Shown here one piece after another: positions 23,901 to 35,992 of a stretch of DNA of 64,000 nucleotides. The stretch covers positions 124,001 through 188,000 of the forward strand of contig JYFJ02000031.1 in the NCBI GenBank assembly GCA_000934665.2. Reading direction: 5' to 3'. Source of the DNA: Catajapyx aquilonaris (taxonomy: Eukaryota). Made by a program: the position numbers and the translations under genes. Positions within the stretch are counted from its first letter, which is position 1, and each line of letters starts with the position of its first letter. The notes under the pieces are model-generated. The model was not told the origin of the DNA and ran no database searches. It saw only the letters and a program-made list of their open reading frames with translations.

Positions 23901-25100
23901 CAATCCTGCACCCTCAACCAACAGTAACCGTGACCCCCTAACAAAAACTTAGTACGAACCTGTTTCACCTTTTCCGCACCGGTTGCAAGTTGACCTCCTG
24001 GCAAAGTTAACATTGCCACACCTGTAAAATAAAAAAGCTTTGTATCAGAACCAATTGTTCGCAATGCAAGTAATCAGATGTACACTTTGTCTGACAATTA
24101 AACATGAGTATAGCAGAATCCCATTTATCCGTCACCTATGGGACCAGGGCATGGTCGGAACACAAAAAAGGGGTCAGCTAATCCGAGGAGCAAAGAAAAC
24201 TTTAATGAAACGCAACAAAACACATACAAAGCTGTGCTTACATGAGAGTGATTTGATCAGCGATGTTGTAGCGATGAGACCAATGGTTTGGGCCGAAAAT
24301 ATATTGTCACCACGATTGTTCCTCTCGCTCAGCCATGCACATTGCTGCAACATCGCTGATCAAATCGCTCGCATGTAACCACGGCTTAAAACATTAAGTA
24401 ATGTACAATAATATGGTTTTCTATGAAATAGTTAAGTATTTATCTGGACATACACACTTTACAGTGCGGAAAACGAAACGGCGATCTGACGCCATGACCG
24501 TTTCCGTGGAAATACCCTCACAGAACAATATGAGTAAACAGTAGTAACAATGTAAGAAATGACATCAGATCGTCGTTTGGTTTTCCGCACTTTAGTGTAC
24601 TTTGTATTAATAATTTAACTCAGACAACACACAACAAAAATGAGTAGTGCATTCCGGTACTTTATAAGAAAAATATAATTTATTGCCAGAGTGGTATGCT
24701 CGGATAATCTTAGTTATACTGCATATTCCGAGGGGTTAGTCACTTTATACTGCAGTACACGACGAACTTCATGGACTTGAAAGACTTCACCTGCACTTTA
24801 CGGACTTCAGCCTCTCGGTGTATGAATGACTTCGTAAGTGAATAACCCCTTGGTATATTCCAATACTTTTCTTATAGCATGTGCCGGTAATCCCAACAAT
24901 ACATGCTCTGTACTGTACCGGCTACATTGTATGCGTCTTTTAGGCTCAGTTCGTAAACATTTCCACCTTTTTTTGTTTTCTGGTACGCATCCCTCGCACA
25001 ACCTCGGACGGGTCACGAAAGGGGGCGATACTCACTGTGGATCGCTGCAGACCCAGTCTCCCTCGTTGGCCTTGTACCGGCTGCCGCTGTTGGACGACGA
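20915..25100 (-). CDS. ZRANB2: RanBP2-type zinc finger RS splicing factor; start codon lost at N (25101)
   Basis: [95 protein letters not shown], then an RS domain ending RSHSPVRR*. Confidence 0.95.
21577..21784. mobile_element. Tc1/mariner-type MITE with TA target duplication
   Basis: TA|CAGGGTGGTCCAACATCAAGTG ... CACTTGATGTTGGACCACCCTG|TA; the inverted symmetry extends inward. Confidence 0.88.
24230..24388. mobile_element. Palindromic MITE, TTTACATG family copy
   Basis: TTACATGAGAGTGATTTGATCAGCGATGTTG ... CAACATCGCTGATCAAATCGCTCGCATGTAA. Confidence 0.75.
24462..24593. mobile_element. Short MITE-like inverted repeat
   Basis: AGTGCGGAAAACGAAACGGCGATCTGA ... TCAGATCGTCGTTTGGTTTTCCGCACT. Confidence 0.6.
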
Positions 25101-28100
25101 NAGCGCGTCCAACACCCGCATGTCACGTCACGGCGGGAGAGCGGTGATGCGCATTCGGACGCGCCAGTTGAGCCGAGGTAGGGTTAAGGAATACGCCGCT
25201 TTACCTGGGCCAGCAGGGGAGCCAACCCACGAGGTTTACACCGCGCCCACTAGCTTAGGACGCAGCGAACTGGATTGGCCATCCCTCCTTGGCATTGCAG
25301 CCAATAGGACGCTCCGACGACCGCGCCGCTTACTGATGGCTCCACCGGCACAACCGTGTGATATCCAGTGACGTGCGCACAATTGTGCGAATACGGTTAC
25401 CGTATCTCTCTGAAAGGGTTCGATACCCGCCCTAGCCAGGCACAGCCACAGCCAGCGGACAGGGACGAAACAGGCTCTTCAGAATGGGCCAACTTTGCAT
25501 ATGAATGTCTTCAGCCAGAGGGGACTCATTTGCGCGAAAATGCGGGCAGATGTCTCGTCAACTTTGTGCATACTGAAGGCCTACTTATAGTGATAATGTT
25601 GCAGGCTGAAAGGGTGAAAGATATGGTAAAACTTTATACATCTAATCAAAACGTAGTCAGCTGTGTCACTATATTGATTGCTACTAGAAAACTAGTAGAG
25701 TATATTATTAAAAGCCGACTGTCGTGGAAACTACTCCCACAGCGTAGGGCCTACAGTATTGGGAGCGGTGTCATAATTTTGCCCGCGTTTGCTATATTTG
25801 CAAACCACTTTTTGGTTTTGGAAACAGTCCCCAAGGGACTTTGTCAACGCAAAAATAAAACGACGCCATTTCCACGGAATTCCCAATTCCGCCGCGCAGG
25901 GCGCCACCTGCTTGATCGCGACTCGCTTACTTCATAACTTTACCGTCGGATGTCGCTGCTATGCTGCTGCCTGGTTTCTCTCTCTCCACTCGGGCTTTTG
26001 CCAAATTTTGGCAATAAGTTGGTGCCTAGTTATAATAAATAAACTACTAGTAAAGAATCTTCATTATTTTTGAACAAATTTACTTGAAGTAATGACAAGT
26101 TAATTTCTCTTATTCGTTTTCAACTAATAATTGGAAACTGATGCATAATTTGTGTGTTAATTAATCGGATTTGTACACGGAAGGGGGTCTGAATAATAAC
26201 TTCGTAACTTTCATGCTGAATAATTTTCAAGCCCTCAAGAAAAGTTGCCTGACTTGGTCTCTGACCCAATCATTGAGGGAATCCCTACAGAAATCTAATG
26301 TTGCAATGACTTGGATCCTTGAATACTGTACGCTTAAATGTCTTTTGGGGATTACCATAAAAAGCACGCAAAGTGACATGCTCATTTCCTAGACTCGGTG
26401 GTTGTCAATAACAAGATTTTGTTATTTAAACAGCTAGGATATGTCAGTAATAACTTAATACTTGTAGTAAAATAAAACGCCAGAGGCTGTTTTTTTGCCC
26501 CCCCCCCCCCCCCAAAAAAAAACAGCCTCTGGCGGGGAATTCGGCAGTGTTTGCAGGCGATATATATTTTTCAATAACAAAGTCTTCCAAAAATTCGGAG
26601 ATAAAATTTCTCCTCTATCCAATGAAGATTTAAGACCTCTTAAACTAACTGACATTTTCACACTGCATGCAATAAATAAGTCGAACAATCATAAAACATT
26701 ACAGGACGGTGGTTTCTCTTCATACTGAGTGATGATATGCATGACCTGTAAGGAAATTATGACAGTCTACTTCTGCTCAGAAATCGAAATGTGCTATTAA
26801 CAGTTGTAACAAGTATAAATGCGATGCAAGCACGCACTTTATAGCTATACATCGAGTCGTCCTATTCAGTGCCAGAGTAGCTCCATATTGCCATACGTTT
26901 ATGTTCCAGGTTGAGCACACATGCAAAGTTAGGATATAAAGTTGTTTCATAATTTTATTACTCCTGTACTGTTCATGTGAATCTTGCCTGGAGAATAATT
27001 TTCACTTACGCTCGCTCGTGGCATTACTATACAGTCAGGAATATCGGCTTGTGCCCGCATATATTATACATACTCGGAGCATAATTAGGCATTTACATGA
27101 TCCATACTGGTTTATACCGCTCGTGGTCAACAGCGTGTGTCTTAGCCTCAGGAAGGGCAGACCAAACGAAATGCCAGATCAAACCCCTGAACGGCCATTG
27201 TTCACTACACCAACAAAAATCTAGACGTCCATATGTGGTATTAAATATGTCATGTACTCCATCAAGGCTGATCCTTTTGAAGATTACAGTCGGGCGTGAA
27301 TATTGTAGAGCCCAACTCAGGCCTCCACTATAATTTAGCACTCTCCTGCTTAGTGTACTAAGGTAGCCTAATGCCTAGTTTGGGCCCCCAGTATAAAATA
27401 ATGGACCGTACATTAAAAATACAACGGGCACAAACCAAAACCTGGAATACTGCAAGAAGTTACTTACTATAATACATAAAATGTGCAATGCTATGTTACA
27501 CCGAGGTAATAATAGGCTGCAATATCCTGGCAGATATGCGTCCCTCCAAACAACATTGCCTCATACTTATTCATTTGAAGTTTTGATTCGTGTCAGTTAT
27601 ATCGGTAACGACTCTATATATAAGTGAATGTCTATGTGCCAAGTATGTTGCCAAGTATTACAAAACACCTTGCATAATAAGACAGGACTCATCTCGCGTG
27701 AAGTTACGTGAAGTTCTCCATGCACAATATTAGGTGTCATGTCAACCGAATTGATTTGCAAGTCCTTAACCGTGCATAATGTATACTGGGCCATATTTCA
27801 TGGTTCCTACTTGGCGAAGGCCAGTCCACATATAGAGGTTTTATATTTAGATTCAATTCGGACTCCCAAAAAAAACGTCTGATATCCGGAAGTAGCGCAC
27901 ATACTGGACATATTTGGAGGACACGGGTCAAATATAACTCAGTATGTCCTTGAATTTGGGAGGAGGCCAAATGTAAACATATAGTTTGGGGGAAATGTCC
28001 TCGACCTAGGAGAAGGTCGCGATGTAGGCACCAATAACGCATGTATTGTTAAATGAATCGATTAAAGTCTTGGGAAAGGAAATGGATGCAGTTGTAGCCT

Positions 28101-29148
28101 AATAACACGCGCGGTACATGTGATTGATCGACCTTCATTGTAGTATACGTGTTTGGTCTGGGGGAACGGTTTCTAAGAAATTCATTATTTCCCAGGGGTT
28201 ACCCCCACCCTGGACTTTCAAGTTCGGTGGTGTGGCGTGGAACTTATTTTTATATTGTATATTAACCTATTCATTTGCTAACAGGTGACAAATGACTGTG
28301 GAATGGCTGTCACACTAAATATGACGCAGTTGGATTGTCACCCATACCAAGCATACAACAGTATGTTGCATAACACTTCTATACTACTAGTGAAATTAAG
28401 AACTATATGTAAAAATATGTAAGCACTATTTCAGCAAAGATTTCCCTACAACTAGTGAGATCAAATACATATTAGTTAATTAAATAATTAAATAATGTTA
28501 GGTGTTAAAAATGTGCGTGCAGCAACAATACAGGTTGCTGGGATTAACAATCAATAGCTTATTCACCTTCAGATCCTCTTGAATGGGTTCAGTTACCATG
28601 TGCATAATTAATACATCCATAATTGAAGCAATTGTTCTTAGTTCATATTCGCTGAATATTACATTTCGTCAGTATATCAGTGTCCAGGAAGACGTTACTA
28701 AGGCATTTTGACAAACGGGTTCAGCTTGGCCTTCATGTCGTCGTACTTATGACAATTTCATACCCTTCTGAAATATTCACCCGTCTCCTCCAAAGCATAG
28801 GAGGCCAGAAAAAGCCATTCTCCGCATCGGACCTTATAATTCGGCAATCGCAATATCTCGTCTGTATATTTCTGCCTCCATTTACATATGGTTAAGTGTA
28901 TTTTTAGTGGACGGACCATGACATATTCATCGAGCTGGGTAATGGTGGCCCTATCGTAGTTCAAGTGCGAGCTAGTGACATGCGCCCAGGGCCAGCTCGG
29001 TTCGATGGGAGCTCAGGCTGTGGTTGGCTGGATAGGACATCAGACGGAAGACATGAGTCGCACGGCCAGGGTGGACATGGACACCTTTCCTTGCTACGTA
29101 CCGGCAGAAGTGTCGTGGTGTTGCCAACGATGTGATTGCAATTAGACA

Positions 29149-32100
29149 ATGGGAGCAGCTGGTAGCAGCAGCAGCAACAGTGCACAGGCCTTGCAGGAGG
29201 CCGACGGAGACAATGCGCCCAGAAGACGTGGTGCAGCCGCATTTGTCAGAACTGGAGGAACAGTCGCACCATCTTCGCCAGGGGCCAACCATCGGAAGGA
29301 TTCAGTCACCACCACCTACAGGTAAGTGTATATAATGGAAGATCTTTATTATACGAACGTTATTGTGGCTTTGCCGTGATTGTTGCTGTTGAACAACCCA
29401 CCCATGTTTCTTTTCGACAGCCACCATTCGAGCCAAGATGACCTGCACGAAGAAGTACAGGACTTGGAACGCACATTTAACAGCCTGGGCATCAGCGAGG
29501 GGAAGAGGAATGGTTCGACGACGTCCACGGTGTCGGAGGGCAGTCGAGTTCGGATCAGACGGATGAAGTTCAACGACGAAGATGACGACGCTGAGGACGA
29601 AGCCGACGTGGACGACAGCGACAGTGGCATCCGACCGCCAAACAGACGGATGAGCTCCTGGAGCGAAGGAAGACGTCCTCCTGAGAGAAAAACCAACAAC
29701 ACTGGTCGGAGTGTCATCAAGTTCAGCTGGGACGGTGGCGACGCCAGAAAAAACAGCGAAGAAGAGTGGGCGGAGTACAAAACTGTAAGTTGATGCACCC
29801 TGTACACATTGAACAATCAAAGTGCATAAAATTACCACAGGTGCATCAAATTATTACAAGTGCATAAAATATTACTACAGCTGCACAAACAGTTCTGTAG
29901 GTGCATTAAATGCTATTAAAGGTGCATAAAATTATTGCAGGAGCATAAAAGTAGTACATCTGGATTAAATTTACCATAGGTACTAAAGCTGATGCAGGAT
30001 GGATAATCATATGGAAATAATTTTATATACTATAGAATATATAAAAGGCACTACTCTAAACTACATTATTCACGCACTGCACCCGTTTAGTTGCATGTCC
30101 AAAATTTCGGGGGCACCCAAGTTGCAGTGTGGGGGTGCAAAAAATAAGCTGTGATAAGCAGTTTGGAAGGTGCATAATTTGAAGTAGCGTGACCGGAGGC
30201 AGTTATTTTGTCACAAGCAAAGGTCACAGGGGAGGGTAATGAAAACGCGACTTCCCAAACTGGAGCAAACATGGGAAGGGAATTACAGGGGCGATTTACA
30301 ATGGCATGGTCACGAGCCATTTAATGGTCGAAATATCCTGAAAAACTAGCAGACAAAAGTTGCAATGAACTCGAGGTTTTCTTTGCTTTGTTGACAGCAC
30401 AGTTGTTGACAATTGGTTTTTTTTCTGACATATTATTTGAATCAGAGCAGACCTGTGTATTTAACATGTGAGGTTAGAGACGCGGTTGAGTCCTTTGACA
30501 TTTTGGGCTGACAAAAGAAAGGGCCATTGAATCAGGACAAAAGACCGCTGTCAAACACTCGTCAAGCTTTCGTCGAGCTCCTGCTTTTGGTATCTTGTGC
30601 TAGCATATCCATATAAAGGAACCTACAGCGCAGTTGCTGAATTTTCAATTTTACAGAACTCTTACTTTAAAGTAGGTTATATGCCAATTTTCTGTTAGTA
30701 GTTTAAAATTTCAGTACATAATAACGTACGAGGTATATGTCGAAAGTCACCCACGACCATTACACTTATCTATACACAGTAAACATCACGTATCCAATAC
30801 TGTATTCACTCATATGCTTTGCCCAGTACCCGGAACCTCAAATCGATATCAACACTTGACCTTACCGGAAGCTCTTTCCAGACATTTTTCTAAGCTGACC
30901 TTCTAGCAAGAGATATCACTATAGCTACCATAAAAAATGAGACTAAAAGTCAAGCATGACGTGATTACAGGGGCTACAACACGCGAACTCTTTTATCGCA
31001 CCCTTAGTGTAGGCTGCAATATCCCTTTTCACGAATTATGTATATGACCACATATATTTATTTTCAGGGTCAGATTGAAAAAAAAAAGGTGTGTGCATAT
31101 AGATTAGCTTGTAAAGGGCACTTCCAGGTACCTATAAGTATTCGTGGCGAAAAGATAAGCGTGATAAATGTGAGGCAGTGACGTTCGTTCCAGTCACGAA
31201 ACTAATAGAGGTTTTGCAGCCCCACTGGGGGTCACGTTTCAGGAGGTTAATAACTTTTTTTTTTAAAGATTCATTTCTATACTGTGTGTCTGATGGCTCG
31301 ACCTTTTAGTTGCTTACATGCCATTTACATGGTTAGAAAAAGTTAGGTTGGACATATCAGAAAGGTGTTAGCATGCATGCAAGATTACGTTTCTGAATAT
31401 TACGATTATGACACCATGATGGATAGATCTATTAAGAGACGGTAATTATAGCCAAGAATTGAATGTGCTGGTATGTAAATATCAGGTGAAGATATCGATT
31501 AAATAATGGTTCTGATTAGGATAATATTTATTTAATGCAAATGTTATTTTAATGTCCTTTATTGCGCGACCAGTTCCGAAGTACAGAAGAGTACTGTACA
31601 AACTTAACCGAAAAGGACACTATTACTGGTAAATCAAATTACTCACCAAATTATTGCTAAAAATAACCAGAAGGAACAGTATTATGTGCTGAATGTACGA
31701 CCGAGTTTGAACTATTAATAGGATGTATCCTTAGTGCATAAAGCAATTTCAGCAAAATCAAGCTGGTAGGCCAAATGACAGTATTTTGTGGACAGAATTA
31801 TGGAGAAAATAATAGTGTGCAGAACTGTATCGTCATCTATATAAGGACTAAAGTAATGAAGCCAATACACTTGGGTAGAGCTCATATTACGGTGTCGGCT
31901 CTCCTTTTATGACCCACAAGAATTTATCAATATGTCGAACGTGGTGGTTTTCCCAATGAAGTTTCGACATGTCAATCTACAATCGCCATCAATATTAGCA
32001 GAGTTTCGCAAATGGCAGTTCATCTAATTGATTTCTGCACTTGCTAATTGCTACATAATAATTACAACAATTACTACTAATTAGTCCGCCATGCAATTTG

Positions 32101-34840
32101 GGCCTATACAACGTAACCTTTATTTCGTTACAGGCGCCAATTGAAGGCTTCGACCCTGAGAAATTCAAGAAGGCCAACAAAGGGGTAAGCACCATTTTAC
32201 TAATTAACTAATTATAAATTAATAAAATTTATGTAATTCATTACATTGCGGAATTTCCCAGGACCTCGTTTAATTGTTATTTATATTCATACATTTATGT
32301 TACATATTGTACTGTATTTATAGTGTGCATTATGAGCATGATGATTATGATGTAACCCCCTTCGCTTTCAGAATGAAGAATCTGGTATCGAAATCAAGCT
32401 GAACAACCACGTGCCTAAAACATTAAGGTACCGTTTTCATACTTCAAAATCGATGTCCCCCCCCCAACCCCCTCCGTACAATCCATATCGGTATGCCCTT
32501 GACAGTACGATACATGACATCGATATAGGAAGCAGGAACCGCACAATAATCCCTACGATAATTATTAAATCATAAGGTCGCGTTCACTATAGGTGTAAAT
32601 ATGGGTCATCATCACTTTGCTGAGTGTTATGTCCTTGGTTCGGATCTCACGCGACAGTTAAAAAAGCCAAGGAGGTCACGCCCTAGGAAAAAAAGAGGGC
32701 GCTGGATATAGTCGAACTGGGTCAGCGGGACCCTCCGACTCTGGTCAGGGGCGGCTCCCGAGGTCATCCCAAAGGCCTTTTTGGGGCCGACCCAAAGCCC
32801 AGATCTCCTTCCCAATCCTACTTTTAACTAGGTTCCTGCTCCAGTGGCCCTTTTCGTATTTAGGGGACATATGGAAGGACACATTCAGAGGACGAAGGTG
32901 TATTAGATCGATGGAAATTTACCTCTGGAGGTGTTGGTTCACACAGAGATTAATTATTCACGTGTACTTTTGTATGATCGATTTTTAGGGGGAATTCAAG
33001 GGCGGCTATGACAGCCGATATTCATGGGGTTGAGAGGTGTATCCGCTTGAGATAGGGCTGTATCCGCCAGGTATCCGCAAGGTAGGTTAATGGATATTCA
33101 TGGGGTGTCAATATGCAGCCATATCCATCACATATATGGCGCACTATTGCCACTCGCGGACGGACAGAGTCACAGACAGCAAATTCTATATGGCTCTTGG
33201 AATGTTCGCAACTTCTTAACCATTTCATTGAGGATTTATAAGGCTGAATCGGTTTGCCAATATGGGTTCTGTGAAGTCAATTTGTAAGGTTCGATTGGGG
33301 GATCTGTGTGGGTGGATAGTTTTGTAGTGTATGAAACTATTTCGCCTACGTTTCTGTCTGGGTTGGCGTGGGAATTGATGGGATAGGGCAATAGTGGTTT
33401 TCAGGGCGATGAACTTGCGGATGGTCTAAAATTTATGCTGGGAAAATGAGGATATGCGGCACGAGATTGGTTTAGATTGGGAGAGGGGGGGAAGGAATTG
33501 CTTTTTCCCGGAGCCATATGCACGAAATGTCGATTTCATCAGGAAACGGAAGTGGACATTGCCTGAGATATGAAGGAATTAAATTGTAATGGTATAAATT
33601 CTCATCACATTCGACAACTTGCAATATTGGTTGTTGCAGTTTAGCAATATGTGAAAAAAATGACATTTTAAATGGAATGAATTTTTAAATAATTTGCATA
33701 ATATTCGCTGCTCACTTTGGAAACAAATTTTGGTTACAATCATATGCATATATTGCGGTAATTAGCATAGTGCAATTAACACACCAATTAAAGTCCTTAT
33801 ATGCAGTCTAACTGGTACTTTCCAAGAATTACTGGAATATTTTAGTGAAAATGTTTATAAAACAGTGCAAGCTATTGTGACTATGAAAGCCGTACCCTTC
33901 ACTCCAGTGCAGTGGAATGGCCATTGTTATTGGAAATTATGGATGCATTATTAATATGCCTACCACATAAACAACTCAATAGTCAGACAAACTGTACACA
34001 TATGGCTGGTGCCAGCATACGCTCAAGGCCTGTATGCTGCATATAATACACCATGGTTTTAGTTTTCGCAAAAGAATCCCTTAGCCTACATGTAATTGGT
34101 TAGCATTTCTTTCATTCATTCGCAAAAAAATTACATTGAAGTTATTCTCAAACTTCTTTGACTTAGCACCTTTTTGGGAAAAACATTTCATGGCCCATCT
34201 ATCCCTTTATGATTTTTAAAAAATGGTTATGAACATATACATTTGTTATCAGCCAGCCAAAAAAAAAAAAAAATCTTAGAATTCTTGCTCTTTCGTAAAT
34301 GACGAGTGTGCGGCTAAGAACTTTATTTACACCTAAATAATAAATTGGTTACCCTGCGACTTGACCGACCATTTTTATTGGGGAACAGGAGAACCTCCGT
34401 CACAGTCAGTAAACCCATTTAAAATCATTCATACCCCGTTATCAGCCGGAGTCTCTTTAGGGGGAGGGGGGAGTTCATCCCAATTTTGTTTTGACTGGAA
34501 CTCTTTGCTTTCATTTTTACTTTTGCTTTTTGGGATAGGGACGGAAGGAAGCATCTGTGACCTAATTATTTAGGAAGCAATCCCAGAATTCTCCTGGGGG
34601 GACCGTGGGGAACCACAGAAAACCACTGTTAGGATTGCCGGCCCTGGGACTTGAACCCAGGACCTCCCGATTAGCAGTTGAACACCTTATCCACTCCACC
34701 TACTCTCATCAATATTTCTAACACTCACTTTTCCATTGTACAGCTCTCATGAGGTGTCTGAAATGCACCCCAACGTGCCATCATATGACCTGTCCGAGCA
34801 GCAGCTGCTGGCTAGCATTGAGCGAGAATATGTGTTCTAA
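29149..34840 (+). CDS. Predicted N-myristoylated, largely disordered protein (~245 aa) with a cystin-1-like C-terminal motif
   Basis: Five phase-consistent exons 29149-29321, 29421-29784, 32134-32184, 32372-32427, 34744-34840: MGAAGSSSS...RRRGAAAFVRTGG...APIEGFDPEKFKKANKG...PSYDLSEQQLLASIEREYVF*. AATAAA at ~34997. Confidence 0.8.
29821..29958 (+). repeat. Degenerate ~20-bp minisatellite (GTGCATAAAATTAYYACAG-like), ~7 units
   Basis: Recurring GTGCATAAAA units downstream of the exon 2 donor. Confidence 0.7.
34570..34702 (-). mobile_element. tRNA-derived SINE fragment
   Basis: The minus strand reads GGTGGAGTGGATAAGG (A-box-like) ... GGGTTCAAGTCCC (B-box), followed by a GGTTTTCTGTGGTTCCCC..CCAGGAGAATTCTGGGAT body. 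It does not form a full cloverleaf. Confidence 0.7.
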
Positions 34841-35040
34841 AAATCTGTTACCTGTGAACCATTTTGTTACATGTCACTGTCTAGACTGTCAGTAATTAGC
34901 TTACTATGTAGGCTAATGCTAACAGTACAGCCTGTTAGTAATCATGTGTATTATAACAAGCAAAAAAATGCCTGTACATAAACCGTCCACATTTGTAATA
35001 AAACACCACAATGACTTGTAATGGTATGTTTAGTTTAATA

Positions 35041-35992
35041 TCACATGTGATAGTAAGTTCTGCTGTTTGCTGAGAGAGACAGAAGACACGAAGAGGCTTT
35101 GTGGATATGATACGAGCAGCTACGCCCAGCGCAATTGCCTTGAAGACTCATGGCAGAGCGGAGTTTCACGTAAAAGTTGGCTGGACAACGGATTATGGCC
35201 CGCCGTGATGCTTGGTTGTACTTTAGGATGTCAACAGTCATGGCAGCCCCCACCTGAAATATCAAAGATTGTTTACCATTGTTCTGCTGCAGTGCAAAAG
35301 GTACAACAATGCATTGCAGACACCTGATAAGGCCGCATTTACATGTGAGCGATTTGATCAGCAATATGCAGTGATGATCATCGCTGATCAAATCGCTCAC
35401 ATGTAAACACTGCCTATATCTGTTGGTTATGATATAAATTTAAAAGCAACCAGTAATAATAGCATACCTCCCCAAACAGGGACTTGATTCCATCCATAAT
35501 GTTGGCCTTAAAAAACACCGCATTTACAATCGGCGCCTTGTTCTCATCTTCAAAAATCCTGCAACAAGCTCCGATAAGTTGTACTGTCAAACCAACACAC
35601 TACGGTCATGTAAACCTCGCAGTGTACCAGATGGCACAAATATCAGCACACGGCTGCATCACAATATCTTTCAGATGGTCATCCTTTAAACGCGGCAGGG
35701 ACTTAGCATTTGGAAAGGCTATTTAACGCACAGGAATGCAACTCTGCCATACTTGAACATCAGGAAATTTTATTTATTATTTATTGTACTCCATGTTGTG
35801 CCATGTAGGCACTTTGGGGGAATGTTAAGAAATTTCTACCCATGACATGTTCACCAAATCTGACTTCCAAGTAATGTTTGCTCCATCTGGTGGCACAATA
35901 GCATGTAAATCACTAGCAAGGCATATCTTCTGCCTTTCCACATTGACGGCAACTCACAGAGAAACGTCCAGATAGCAGTGGTCTTCCCCCAT
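35041..35992 (-). CDS. RPP14: Ribonuclease P/MRP subunit p14 (Rpp14/Pop5 family)
   Basis: Exons 35992-35958, 35558-35468, 35253-35041: MGEDHCYLDVSLIFED..FKANIMDGIKSLFGEVGAAMTVDILKY..AIIRC..VKLRSAMSLQG..SSCLLSLSANSR. Confidence 0.88.
35329..35416. mobile_element. Palindromic MITE, TTTACATG family copy
   Basis: TTTACATGTGAGCGATTTGATCAGC ... GCTGATCAAATCGCTCACATGTAAA. Confidence 0.8.

Noticed and set aside
24838..26073. ORFs of 177, 189 and 94 aa on the + strand
   Set aside because: One spans the N gap and is antisense to ZRANB2 exon 1; none has recognisable motifs or splice support.
26476..26535. Hairpin CGCCAGAGGCTGTTTTT..AAAAACAGCCTCTGGCG with a poly-C loop
   Set aside because: Isolated short inverted repeat, probably a MITE remnant; no further support.
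32620..33600. Compositionally distinct intronic block, possible retroelement remnant
   Set aside because: No recognisable RT, integrase or paired LTR features could be read.
34630..34702. Possible tRNA gene
   Set aside because: A and B boxes are present but the acceptor stem does not pair and a SINE-type body follows.
34841..35040. Bicistronic RPP14-HTD2 arrangement as in vertebrates
   Set aside because: No room or ORF: ATTAAA follows the RPP14 stop directly and the convergent gene's 3' end is within 200 bp.
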